From: a virus
Lineage: Duplodnaviria > Caudoviricetes
Reading direction: 5' to 3' (one strand)
DNA length: 64,000 nt
IMG/VR virus record: IMGVR_UViG_3300005841_000939
Shown one piece after another: positions 34,713 through 42,741 of the stretch. Position 1 is the stretch's first letter. Every line of letters begins with the position of its first letter. Below the pieces are notes generated by a model that had not been told where the DNA came from, searched no databases, and was given only the letters and a program-made list of their open reading frames with translations. The position numbers and the translations under genes were made by a program.

Positions 34713-35387
34713 TTAAATAGCACCCAAATAATTAAGGTAATCTTCATCCTGACGAATTTCATCAAGAACATTAGCAGGAGTCATCGTTGCAGCGACATTC
34801 CATTTTTCGTTTTTAATTGCTACACGAAGCATGGTTGATGAAATATGCGGAATATCAGCATGAATAATTCGATGACGTTCTTCATCATAAAATGGACGCG
34901 ATTTCAATACATCAACAGATAATTTTTCACGATTGAGCACAACCAAATTTGTTGATGAAATAAGATTTTGCCAATTGTGCCACTTATCAAGATTGGCAAA
35001 ATTATCTCCACCAATAATAAGGGTTGGTCTATTAATTCCTTCATGCGAACGAAGTATGTTAACCAACCCTTCAGTTGTTCCGGCTAAGTTATTTAATTCC
35101 CAGCTACGAACATCAAGACGCCATTTACATGTGTCAGGTGCATTTCTAAAAAGAAGCTGCAATAATTTTGTTCTTAATTCAAAAAATGGAAGCTCACCTT
35201 TAAACTTATGTAAAGCAGCAGGTAAAAAAGAAACTCGCTGAACATGGCCATCAAGAATTAAACTTTTAGCTATTTCCAAGTGCGCAAATGTTGGTGGATT
35301 AAAAGCTCCACCAAAAAAAGCTAAATTTGTAGTTGTCGGAATTTTATTCGTCAGATTCGTCTGAAGTTTTTCGTCTGATACGTGCAT
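34713..35387 (-). CDS. nadD: Nicotinate/nicotinamide mononucleotide adenylyltransferase
   Basis: FGGAFNPPTFAH (HxGH variant), LIIGGDNF..L.KWH.W, ISSTMLR. Confidence 0.85.
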   Translation of the reverse strand: MHVSDEKLQTNLTNKIPTTTNLAFFGGAFNPPTFAHLEIAKSLILDGHVQRVSFLPAALHKFKGELPFFELRTKLLQLLFRNAPDTCKWRLDVRSWELNNLAGTTEGLVNILRSHEGINRPTLIIGGDNFANLDKWHNWQNLISSTNLVVLNREKLSVDVLKSRPFYDEERHRIIHADIPHISSTMLRVAIKNEKWNVAATMTPANVLDEIRQDEDYLNYLGAI

Positions 35388-35592
35388 TTCTGATTAATCC
35401 TTCAAGTTTTATATCAATATATAAATTTAAGGCTATGACTATACACAGACCAGTGAAAAACACAACAGGTTGTTTATCGGCATGCAATCCAAGGTTGGCA
35501 GTTACTATTGCATATATAAAAGAACCAAGGAATACTAATAGCATAATTAAGCCTTGTTGAGAATTACCAAAACCTCGTTCCATGGCGAACAA
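35344..35592 (-). CDS. Small two-TM membrane protein
   Basis: Two hydrophobic segments. Confidence 0.6.
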   Translation of the reverse strand: MFAMERGFGNSQQGLIMLLVFLGSFIYAIVTANLGLHADKQPVVFFTGLCIVIALNLYIDIKLEGLIRNARIRRKTSDESDE

Positions 35593-35990
35593 TTCAAAGC
35601 CTCAATCATTTTTACTACATTGCGGCGAATAGATGGATCCTTGATTGGATTGTCCAATTTACCAATTTCCAAGATACGTTCAGGAGATCCTATAATTTCA
35701 ATCAAATGAGCATGCAAATGTTTGTGAGTAGTGGAACCCATTTTGATAAAATGATCAATGTTACGCTTCTCTTGTTTCAGCGTGACATTATCAGTACCTG
35801 ATTTTTCTTTCCAGTCATGAGGCTTCATGTCTGTGTGTGCAAATCGTTCGGTGATACTTTGTTCCAATCTTTCAGAGACTGTGACCCAGGCACCACCAGC
35901 AAGTTTCTGCATGAGGACTTCTTGTCCATCAGGCATCTTTACAGTTGAATATGAATTAAGGACAGTTGCAGTTGGATCAAAGTCTGGCAT
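35547..35990 (-). CDS. Hypothetical protein
   Basis: 147-aa ORF in operon. Confidence 0.7.
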   Translation of the reverse strand: MPDFDPTATVLNSYSTVKMPDGQEVLMQKLAGGAWVTVSERLEQSITERFAHTDMKPHDWKEKSGTDNVTLKQEKRNIDHFIKMGSTTHKHLHAHLIEIIGSPERILEIGKLDNPIKDPSIRRNVVKMIEALNCSPWNEVLVILNKA

Positions 35991-35992
35991 GA

Positions 35993-36256
35993 TTATTTGG
36001 TTTCTACCAATTTATTATCAATGTCAATATACTTTCCATCTTTATTAACTTTTACCCAATGTGTCGTACCAGATCCTACAATGCAACGTTCTTCATATCC
36101 ATTTTCAGCATAAAACCTAGTTTCTTTTATATTATAATCATAAATCAACCATGAAATTAAACCTACAGTTGAACATATTAAAAAAATAACTATGAGTAGA
36201 GTTGAGTCTTTCATAAAATAACCTTTATTTGCTTGCGTAAATGTATGGACAACCAT
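35993..36256 (-). CDS. Small single-TM protein
   Basis: LLIVIFLICSTVGLISWLIY. Confidence 0.65.
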   Translation of the reverse strand: MVVHTFTQANKGYFMKDSTLLIVIFLICSTVGLISWLIYDYNIKETRFYAENGYEERCIVGSGTTHWVKVNKDGKYIDIDNKLVETK

Positions 36257-37178
36257 ACAGTGATTTCAAATCATTTCCACCAGAATATGAAATTGATGAT
36301 TGCAGGTCTTCTCTCAATTCCTTGATAAGCTTTTCCATTGGTCCTTTATAATCAACGAAAATTTTCTTACCTTCAACGTTCTTATATTCACCTTTATTTG
36401 TATCTGACGCTGAACCAAAATATGCTTTTTTCATATGGCCATTTATTTCCAACATCTCTCCTGCGGATTCTTCATATCCTGCAAATAGATTGCCAGCCAT
36501 GACCATGTGAGCACCAAGAGCCAAAGCCTTTGCAATATCACCATGATGTTGAATTCCACCATCTGCAATAATTGGAACTGTTGCGGCTTTTACACATTCT
36601 TGAACAGTACTTACCATAGGACGATGGAAACCAGTCTTAAACTTTGTTGTACAGACCGAACCACCAGCAATGCCAACTTTGATTGCTTGTGCTCCCCATT
36701 CTTCTAAATCAAATACTGCTTTGTCTGTTGCGACATTGCCTGCAATCAAAAATGTATTGGGAAGTGCATTGCGAATATACTTGATCATTTTCTCACCTTT
36801 TGAACACCATGCATTGGCAATATCAAGGGTGATGAATTCTGGTAATAGATTCTGTGCAATCATATTATTTATTTGTTCATATGATTCGTAATTTACACCA
36901 ATAGAAATACTAGCGATATGACCTTTATCATGCATTTCATCAATAAATTGACATGGATCAACTTCAAATCTGTGCATGGTATAAAACCATTTATTTTCAC
37001 AGAAAAAATCACATGTTCTATTATTAATAACAGACTTCATATTTGCAGCATAGACCGGCATCGCAAATTTATATTTGCCCAACTCTACCTCAGTATTACA
37101 ATCTTTTCTTGATTCAACAATTGTCTTTTGTGGAATCAAGTGAATATCAGAATAGTGAAACTCTTGTGTAATTGTCAT
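36225..37178 (-). CDS. guaC: GMP reductase (type 2)
   Basis: VGIAGGSVCTT, IADGGI..HGDIAKAL..GA.MVM, GSAS, NVEGK; 317 aa with no CBS domains. Confidence 0.93.
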   Translation of the reverse strand: MTITQEFHYSDIHLIPQKTIVESRKDCNTEVELGKYKFAMPVYAANMKSVINNRTCDFFCENKWFYTMHRFEVDPCQFIDEMHDKGHIASISIGVNYESYEQINNMIAQNLLPEFITLDIANAWCSKGEKMIKYIRNALPNTFLIAGNVATDKAVFDLEEWGAQAIKVGIAGGSVCTTKFKTGFHRPMVSTVQECVKAATVPIIADGGIQHHGDIAKALALGAHMVMAGNLFAGYEESAGEMLEINGHMKKAYFGSASDTNKGEYKNVEGKKIFVDYKGPMEKLIKELREDLQSSISYSGGNDLKSLYGCPYIYASK

Positions 37179-37825
37179 TGTTTTGGCTTTCTTCCTCTTT
37201 TTACAGTCTTCTTTTTTGCAATTGGTGCTTTAGCTTTTGGCTTTTTAACAACTGGTTTTTTTGATGACAAGCTTTTCTTTATTTGTCTGGAAGCTTGAGC
37301 TTTTACTTTGTCTTTTTTAATTCTGGTGTCTGCTGCTGCAATCTTTTTCATTATCTTTTTAGTAAAGACGAATGTGAAGTCACCACTAGGACCAATCGTT
37401 TTATCAAAGCGTAATTCAAAGATTCCTGCATCCATTAAGTCTTCACAAATTTTGAAGAAAATGTTACGGCAAATCTCATCAATTATTCTACCCCAAGCTA
37501 CATCAGTCAATATAAATGATTCTGCATCTTCCGACCAAGTTAAAGTACGCTTGATAATATCATAAACTTCCTCCATCATAATGACGGTATCCATCAATTC
37601 CTCAGTCCAACGTTTTGCCGATGGATCAATATTTCGTGGATCAAGTTTTACTTTATCTTTTTTGAACCTGGTATTGAATTCCCTAATTGAATCGCGCCGT
37701 AACTGTACCATGAACGCTTGAATATCGTTTATAGGAACACCACGTTTTAAAGCGTCTCTTATTTCATCTTCGCTAGGAAAATCATCTTCTTCGTCGTCGT
37801 TATTGAAAAAGTTATTTTTACTCAT
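37175..37825 (-). CDS. Hypothetical protein with acidic N-terminus and Lys-rich tail
   Basis: Start moved to ATG 37825, downstream of the promoter. Confidence 0.7.
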   Translation of the reverse strand: MSKNNFFNNDDEEDDFPSEDEIRDALKRGVPINDIQAFMVQLRRDSIREFNTRFKKDKVKLDPRNIDPSAKRWTEELMDTVIMMEEVYDIIKRTLTWSEDAESFILTDVAWGRIIDEICRNIFFKICEDLMDAGIFELRFDKTIGPSGDFTFVFTKKIMKKIAAADTRIKKDKVKAQASRQIKKSLSSKKPVVKKPKAKAPIAKKKTVKRGRKPKQ

Positions 37826-37851
37826 GTATGTTGTCTTTCGGACTCCACACA

Positions 37852-37879
37852 ATTATATGTAAGTTTACTTCTGTTGCAA
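37852..37879 (-). promoter_or_regulatory. sigma70-like promoter TTGCAA-N16-TATAAT
   Basis: Intergenic; near-consensus hexamers. Confidence 0.65.
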
Positions 37880-37886
37880 ATTGAAG

Positions 37887-38444
37887 TTAGCGAGTACGCA
37901 CCTTGCGTTCAAATATCACATCATGATTTTTATCTGTAACAATATGATTCGTATAAATGAATTTCTTGTGATGAATCGCAGGATCAAATTTTGGTGCGGT
38001 TTCGTTCTCAACACCCTTAAACAAAGTAACGTGTGGTTTATAAGTAGGATATTCTGATGGGGGATAATCACCAACAGTTGTCATCCAAGAATTTATTTTA
38101 TTGAACCATTCATGCATACCTGGAGATTCTAATTCAGTGACAATGCATCCTTTATTGAATAGACTAAACTTTGAAGTAAACGCTTCAATTTCAGGTAATG
38201 GTAAACCATCCAACCATTCAACAAATCTTTCTGGATTTTGACCTGAAAGCATTTTCACATAACGAATAGTTGTATGGAAATGATCAGGTTCTTCTTTTTC
38301 TCCACCTTGCATAATTGGTGCTAATGCATTTTGTAATGCAAGAGCTTCACTGATGTATGGTTCTTCAAGGTAAAGCATGTAGCAAAATGTGGGAACTTTA
38401 TCTTCCTCATTAAGTAATACAAACTCATTAAATGGAGGGATCAT
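37887..38444 (-). CDS. 2H phosphoesterase (Acb1/T4 57B-like candidate)
   Basis: Two HxT motifs: DHFHTTIRY and YKPHVTLF; N-terminus MIPPFNEFVLLNE. Confidence 0.8.
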   Translation of the reverse strand: MIPPFNEFVLLNEEDKVPTFCYMLYLEEPYISEALALQNALAPIMQGGEKEEPDHFHTTIRYVKMLSGQNPERFVEWLDGLPLPEIEAFTSKFSLFNKGCIVTELESPGMHEWFNKINSWMTTVGDYPPSEYPTYKPHVTLFKGVENETAPKFDPAIHHKKFIYTNHIVTDKNHDVIFERKVRTR

Positions 38445-38447
38445 GAA

Positions 38448-39080
38448 TTATTTTATTTCGTTCTCAGGCTTTTGTTTAAGTTTCTTTTCGGAGCCTGCGT
38501 CTGTATCAATCTTATGTTCTTTTCTTGCCTTATCAAGATTGTCTTTAGCTGCGGTATCACGGTCTGCATGTGGAGTATATTTTGCAGCAGCCTTCAATTC
38601 TTTTTCAGTCTCTTTACCAAATTGTTCCATCCAATCAAAGAGTTGACGAGCACCCTCTTCATCAGTGGTTTCCATTTTTGGATCTTTTGCAGCATTGCCA
38701 AGCATACCGAAGAACCAATATGGAACGGTATCCTTGATCTTTGTCCATTCAGAATTAATTAAATCTCTATCTTGTTTGGTTTTAGCAACATCTAATTCAG
38801 CTTTAATTTTTGCCAAACTTTCAAAGTATGCTGGAGGCAATTGAACTTTTTTGCCAAGTGCTTCCATTTTGTCAAAGTCAATAATACGTTCAACCATTTC
38901 ACCTGGATTCATTGAACCAAGTAACGCACGAATTTCATTGCGATATTTTTCTAATGGATGGTCAGCTTTCTTAACATCTTTAGCCTTTTCACGGTCTTGG
39001 ACATCATCATGCATCTTGCTGAGTGTTGGAAGATCCGCTGTGTATCCAAACTTTTCTTGAATAAGTTGCTTAATTGACAT
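38448..39080 (-). CDS. Charged helical protein, probable late/virion-internal
   Basis: Late-promoter motif 17 nt upstream; N-terminal LIQE. Confidence 0.7.
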   Translation of the reverse strand: MSIKQLIQEKFGYTADLPTLSKMHDDVQDREKAKDVKKADHPLEKYRNEIRALLGSMNPGEMVERIIDFDKMEALGKKVQLPPAYFESLAKIKAELDVAKTKQDRDLINSEWTKIKDTVPYWFFGMLGNAAKDPKMETTDEEGARQLFDWMEQFGKETEKELKAAAKYTPHADRDTAAKDNLDKARKEHKIDTDAGSEKKLKQKPENEIK

Positions 39081-39097
39081 TTTTTAACTCCATTTCT

Positions 39098-39111
39098 TAT
39101 TTATATATTTT
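39098..39111 (-). promoter_or_regulatory. T4-type late promoter AAAATATATAAATA
   Basis: TATAAATA core with a shared upstream AAAAT[A/C]. Confidence 0.6.
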
Positions 39112-39188
39112 ATAACTTATCCAGGATTTATGAAAACAAAGAAGCCCTGATGCTTTCGCACCAGAGCTTTATGATTTTCAGCGTTGAA

Positions 39189-40076
39189 TCAGCCCTTGGA
39201 CAGGACGATTTTCTTGCTGAAAGCCTTTGCCTTGACAGTACTTGCGATAGCAAGCCCGGCTCTTTCCAGATTGGCAGCCGAGAGACGGAAGCCGCCGATG
39301 GCGCGACGATCACCAGCAGCACTTTCCTCGATAGTGATGGAATTCGGATGATACGTGATCATTACCAGTTCATCACGCAGGGCAGCAGCATCGATGATCT
39401 TGATGGGAATTTCCAGCTTACCATCATTGCGCTTGGAGATTACCGATTCATTGTCCAGAGCAGACGAAGTGCTCTTGGTAGCCTTTGGAGCAGCAGCCGA
39501 AGTCGTTGGCGCAGCCAGAGCAGGAGTTGCTGCGATGGATGGCGAACCAACAGGAGCAGCCTGCTGGCCAAGGGACAGCGCGACCTGGGCGCGATTCTGG
39601 TATGCAGCAGGATCGGTATTGTCAGGGTGATAGAGCAGCGCGCGGGCAGGGCCAGTTGGAGTCTGGACCGTGATTTCCGTGGACGTATATCCCCGACCGA
39701 CGATCATGCCATCAGCGATAGCGCGACCATCCTTGCGCACTTCGGAATGTCCGACGAAGCCATGCCCGTCAGACTTGACCTTGTTGCTGATGTCCAGCAT
39801 GGTGAACATGCCGAACTGATTGATGAAGTGGTTCAGAGCATCCGTGATGCGCTGGACGAGAGATGGGGTTGCGAGAGCGTTCATTGACTGGTCCTTGGGT
39901 TGATTTGGATCGAAAGGGATATCGGATTCGTAGATGATGTGTTCTTCGTGTTGATGAGATCGATTTATCGTGTATGGGATCTTTTTTTCATGAAGATATA
40001 AGAGGACTTTTTGTCCTGCTATTAGAGCCTTTGCTCCACCATTTCTTAAATCGATTTTGAAGATTTGTTGTGTCAT
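39189..40076 (-). CDS. Hypothetical protein with Ala/Pro linker and AbrB-like C-terminal barrel; probable internal start at ATG 39884
   Basis: AAGGA SD and abrupt GC rise at 39884; C-terminal SKRNDGKLEIPIKII...LVMITYHPNSITIE. Confidence 0.6.
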   Translation of the reverse strand: MTQQIFKIDLRNGGAKALIAGQKVLLYLHEKKIPYTINRSHQHEEHIIYESDIPFDPNQPKDQSMNALATPSLVQRITDALNHFINQFGMFTMLDISNKVKSDGHGFVGHSEVRKDGRAIADGMIVGRGYTSTEITVQTPTGPARALLYHPDNTDPAAYQNRAQVALSLGQQAAPVGSPSIAATPALAAPTTSAAAPKATKSTSSALDNESVISKRNDGKLEIPIKIIDAAALRDELVMITYHPNSITIEESAAGDRRAIGGFRLSAANLERAGLAIASTVKAKAFSKKIVLSKG

Positions 40077-40495
40077 CCGCTTGATGACATAGTATAGTAG
40101 ATTCCATCAGGAGCTACAAGCGAAAAACTGGCGGATGTTATTGAGAAGACTTGTTCAGTGATGTATCCAAAATAAACTCTTTCACCAGCGCGCAAATCAT
40201 CAAGGGCTCCGAAATAGCTTCCGTATGCTCCAGGCGCACTCCAATAAAATTTGAAGTTTGCGGAAATTCGTTCGCTAGTAGTATTCCTAGCCTCCATACT
40301 AATTACTGAATCGTAAGCATCACCATCCTGTTTGAACAGAGTTTGATGCAGCGTGAATGTTGCGACAGGAATACCTGAATCGCTATCATATAGCAGGATG
40401 TCAACAGACTTCACCTCTTGCGTATATTCAGGATCCTCGTGATGCAAACACCCTGACAGAAACAGAATAGCAAGAAGAGTGATGCAGTACTTCAT
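40073..40495 (-). CDS. Lipoprotein
   Basis: Signal peptide with lipobox LFLSGC. Confidence 0.75.
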   Translation of the reverse strand: MKYCITLLAILFLSGCLHHEDPEYTQEVKSVDILLYDSDSGIPVATFTLHQTLFKQDGDAYDSVISMEARNTTSERISANFKFYWSAPGAYGSYFGALDDLRAGERVYFGYITEQVFSITSASFSLVAPDGIYYTMSSSG

Positions 40496-40541
40496 ACCTT
40501 CAACTGTACGGAGCTATTCCTTATGTCAATGAAAATCTGAC

Positions 40542-40691
40542 CTACTTCGTCTTGCGTTTTGCAATGTGCTTTGAAGTGGTATCTTGCGGACCATAATTAA
40601 TGTTCTTTTTGCGTTCTGCAGGCCAGTTATCAACTCGGCGCGCAGCTTCATCAAGAATTTTGAAAAGCCAATTTGAGGAATTATGGGTCAT
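40542..40691 (-). CDS. Small basic protein
   Basis: MTHNSSNWLFKILDEAARRVDNWPAERK; start moved to remove overlap with the upstream gene. Confidence 0.55.
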   Translation of the reverse strand: MTHNSSNWLFKILDEAARRVDNWPAERKKNINYGPQDTTSKHIAKRKTK

Positions 40692-41004
40692 ATTTAATTC
40701 CTTTGATTTTAGAATGTCTGAAAGAGTTGGCAAATTCGTAGCACACCCGTTCAGTGTACTTGTCAAGACGTTCCTGACTAACTCTGGAAAGATGATAGTC
40801 ATCCTTGTTTCCAACGACGGTCCACCAACCATTTCCTTCAGGATTATTGGTAAAACCTACTTCCCTTCTTTCGCTATGATTAAATCCAGCATACTTATAT
40901 TCCATAGGCCAACCACCAATCTTCTCTATATCATCATAGAGAGTTGCAGTTGCGTATTGCCCATACTGAAGTGATAGGCCAGGAATCATTTTCCTTTCGC
41001 TCAT
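40681..41004 (-). CDS. Hypothetical protein
   Basis: Starts 4 nt after the PARP stop. Confidence 0.65.
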   Translation of the reverse strand: MSERKMIPGLSLQYGQYATATLYDDIEKIGGWPMEYKYAGFNHSERREVGFTNNPEGNGWWTVVGNKDDYHLSRVSQERLDKYTERVCYEFANSFRHSKIKGIKYDP

Positions 41005-41007
41005 AAA

Positions 41008-42411
41008 TTAACGTTCAACCTCGATGATATACTTAATGCTGTACTGATCAACAGTATAGACGATGAATTCGTCAAACGCCAATGAACGATATGAACCACC
41101 ATGCCCAGGCTTACCCCACGTTGAATCAAAACCTCCACGACGGGCTTCCTCGCGTTCACCACCATCGCCATAAGGCTTGATCAACTGCTTACCGAGTTTT
41201 GCATCAAGCACGAACAGGAAGCAATTGGTGGTATTTCGCTGATTCGGAAATGACAGCACGCTGTAATTCAGGCTCTTGGTACTGTGCGAAGCAGCATAGA
41301 GGCCTTTACCGAATGCATAGCCAGTCATGGGAGCTTCGGGAGGAGCGATTTTCAAACCACTCTTCAAGATACCGACGATGTTTGAATTACGGCTTCCATG
41401 CCACAATTCAGCCGGAGTTCCAAGCTTACACGCCTCAAAACGAGCACGTTCCGAAGGAATTACGACCTTGAGGATGTTCTTGACCTTGGTATTTACGTAG
41501 TGCGAATTGCCCTTAGTGGCTTGAACTTTCTTATCAAGACGAATCCATTCAGGATCAGTCTTTTCAAGATAGGAAAGCTGCACACCAAGTTCCTGATATT
41601 TCACCGCAGCACCAGAGACATACGAAGAACCGCCGACTTCAAGCGCATCATCCATCATTTGGAGGAGATCGAACTTGGTATCAACGATTTCGAGGGTGCT
41701 GAGAAGATCCGAATCCAGGATCTTTCTGCCGAGCTTGGTTGGAATGTGCGAATAGAACGCACTGGTCAGGATCTTGATTTGATCATCATCCTTTTTCTTG
41801 ATGGCTTTTGTCAAGTCACCAAGCACATCGCGACCTTTGGCGATTTGTGCGAATGTGAGGATACCAAGTGGAGTCTTCAAACCTTCACTGGTAATTTCAA
41901 TTGCAGAGTTGGATTGAATTGCGTTTGAGGAATCTGCAAACCACTGTTCGATAAGACGCTCCACAGTAGAATGGAGGACGACAGCCGGAGTCTTGGGATC
42001 CTTGGATTCGGTAATCTTCTTCTTTTTATCAGCCGGAACCTCAGCAGAATCAACACCCCAGCTTTTTTCACGCGCTTTGAGGGTGCCAACCGTGGGCTTG
42101 ACGAACTTGATTTCCTTGTACTTCTTTTCGCGAATCTTTTCCTTGCACTTGGATTCATATTCCGAGCGCATGTCTTGCTCATCGGAAGGTCCATAGTAAT
42201 CAAGGACACCATTATCGCCAACACGGCCATAATGGCACATGACCAGCCATTGACCATTTTTCAGCTTCAGGAGTTCAGCGGAGAAGTACTTGTTGTTATT
42301 GGCGATAGCATCCGTCTGATTACCGACGCGATGGGCGATCACCTCATATCCGGGAAAAGCAGCCTCCACACCTTCAAGGCCATCTTTGAACTTAACTGCT
42401 TTCCAAGCCAT
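41008..42411 (-). CDS. Poly(ADP-ribose) polymerase-like protein (WGR + regulatory + catalytic domains)
   Basis: WGR-like HYGRVG; PARP_reg TPLGILTFAQIAKG...AFYSHIP; catalytic LWHGSR, GYAFGKGLYAA, SLNYS, FDEFIVY (H-Y-E triad). Confidence 0.92.
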   Translation of the reverse strand: MAWKAVKFKDGLEGVEAAFPGYEVIAHRVGNQTDAIANNNKYFSAELLKLKNGQWLVMCHYGRVGDNGVLDYYGPSDEQDMRSEYESKCKEKIREKKYKEIKFVKPTVGTLKAREKSWGVDSAEVPADKKKKITESKDPKTPAVVLHSTVERLIEQWFADSSNAIQSNSAIEITSEGLKTPLGILTFAQIAKGRDVLGDLTKAIKKKDDDQIKILTSAFYSHIPTKLGRKILDSDLLSTLEIVDTKFDLLQMMDDALEVGGSSYVSGAAVKYQELGVQLSYLEKTDPEWIRLDKKVQATKGNSHYVNTKVKNILKVVIPSERARFEACKLGTPAELWHGSRNSNIVGILKSGLKIAPPEAPMTGYAFGKGLYAASHSTKSLNYSVLSFPNQRNTTNCFLFVLDAKLGKQLIKPYGDGGEREEARRGGFDSTWGKPGHGGSYRSLAFDEFIVYTVDQYSIKYIIEVER

Positions 42412-42432
42412 GATTTGCTCTCCGTGGCGTTG

Positions 42433-42460
42433 AATTTAATGATATAAGGTGATATGTCAA
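42433..42460 (-). promoter_or_regulatory. sigma70-like promoter TTGACA-N16-TAAATT for the PARP gene
   Basis: GGAG SD follows, then ATG 42411. Confidence 0.55.
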
Positions 42461-42738
42461 GCAAATAAATCTGTGATTGGCTCATCATTTGCAAGTTCAG
42501 CAAGGAAATCACAATGACATGATTGAGGAGAACACCAACATCCCAGGATCTTACCCTTTAATTCTGGAATTTTTGCCATCAATTCTTTATTTTGCAAAAG
42601 CCATTCGCGATGTTTTTTTATGACTTCTGTGCGATTGCCATCTTTACCAATCACAAAAGGATTTCCCCAAATAGAAGGTCGTCCACAATAAACATCATAT
42701 TTTTGATGCTTACAGTGGACGACCATCGGATGTCCCAT
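42457..42738 (-). CDS. DUF4326 family protein
   Basis: VYCGRPSIWGNPF...LKGKILGCWCSPQSCHCDFLAELAN. Confidence 0.9.
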   Translation of the reverse strand: MGHPMVVHCKHQKYDVYCGRPSIWGNPFVIGKDGNRTEVIKKHREWLLQNKELMAKIPELKGKILGCWCSPQSCHCDFLAELANDEPITDLFA

Positions 42739-42741
42739 ATT

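Noticed and set aside
36225-37178. IMP dehydrogenase (guaB) call
   Set aside because: Length, absence of CBS domains and the GSAS...NVEGK segment fit type 2 GMP reductase better.
31399-42447. Long alternative-frame and antisense ORFs (31572-32126, 32177-32509, 39150-39887, 41398-41928, 41971-42447 and others)
   Set aside because: These are shadows of GC-rich, codon-biased genes with clear family motifs on the opposite strand.
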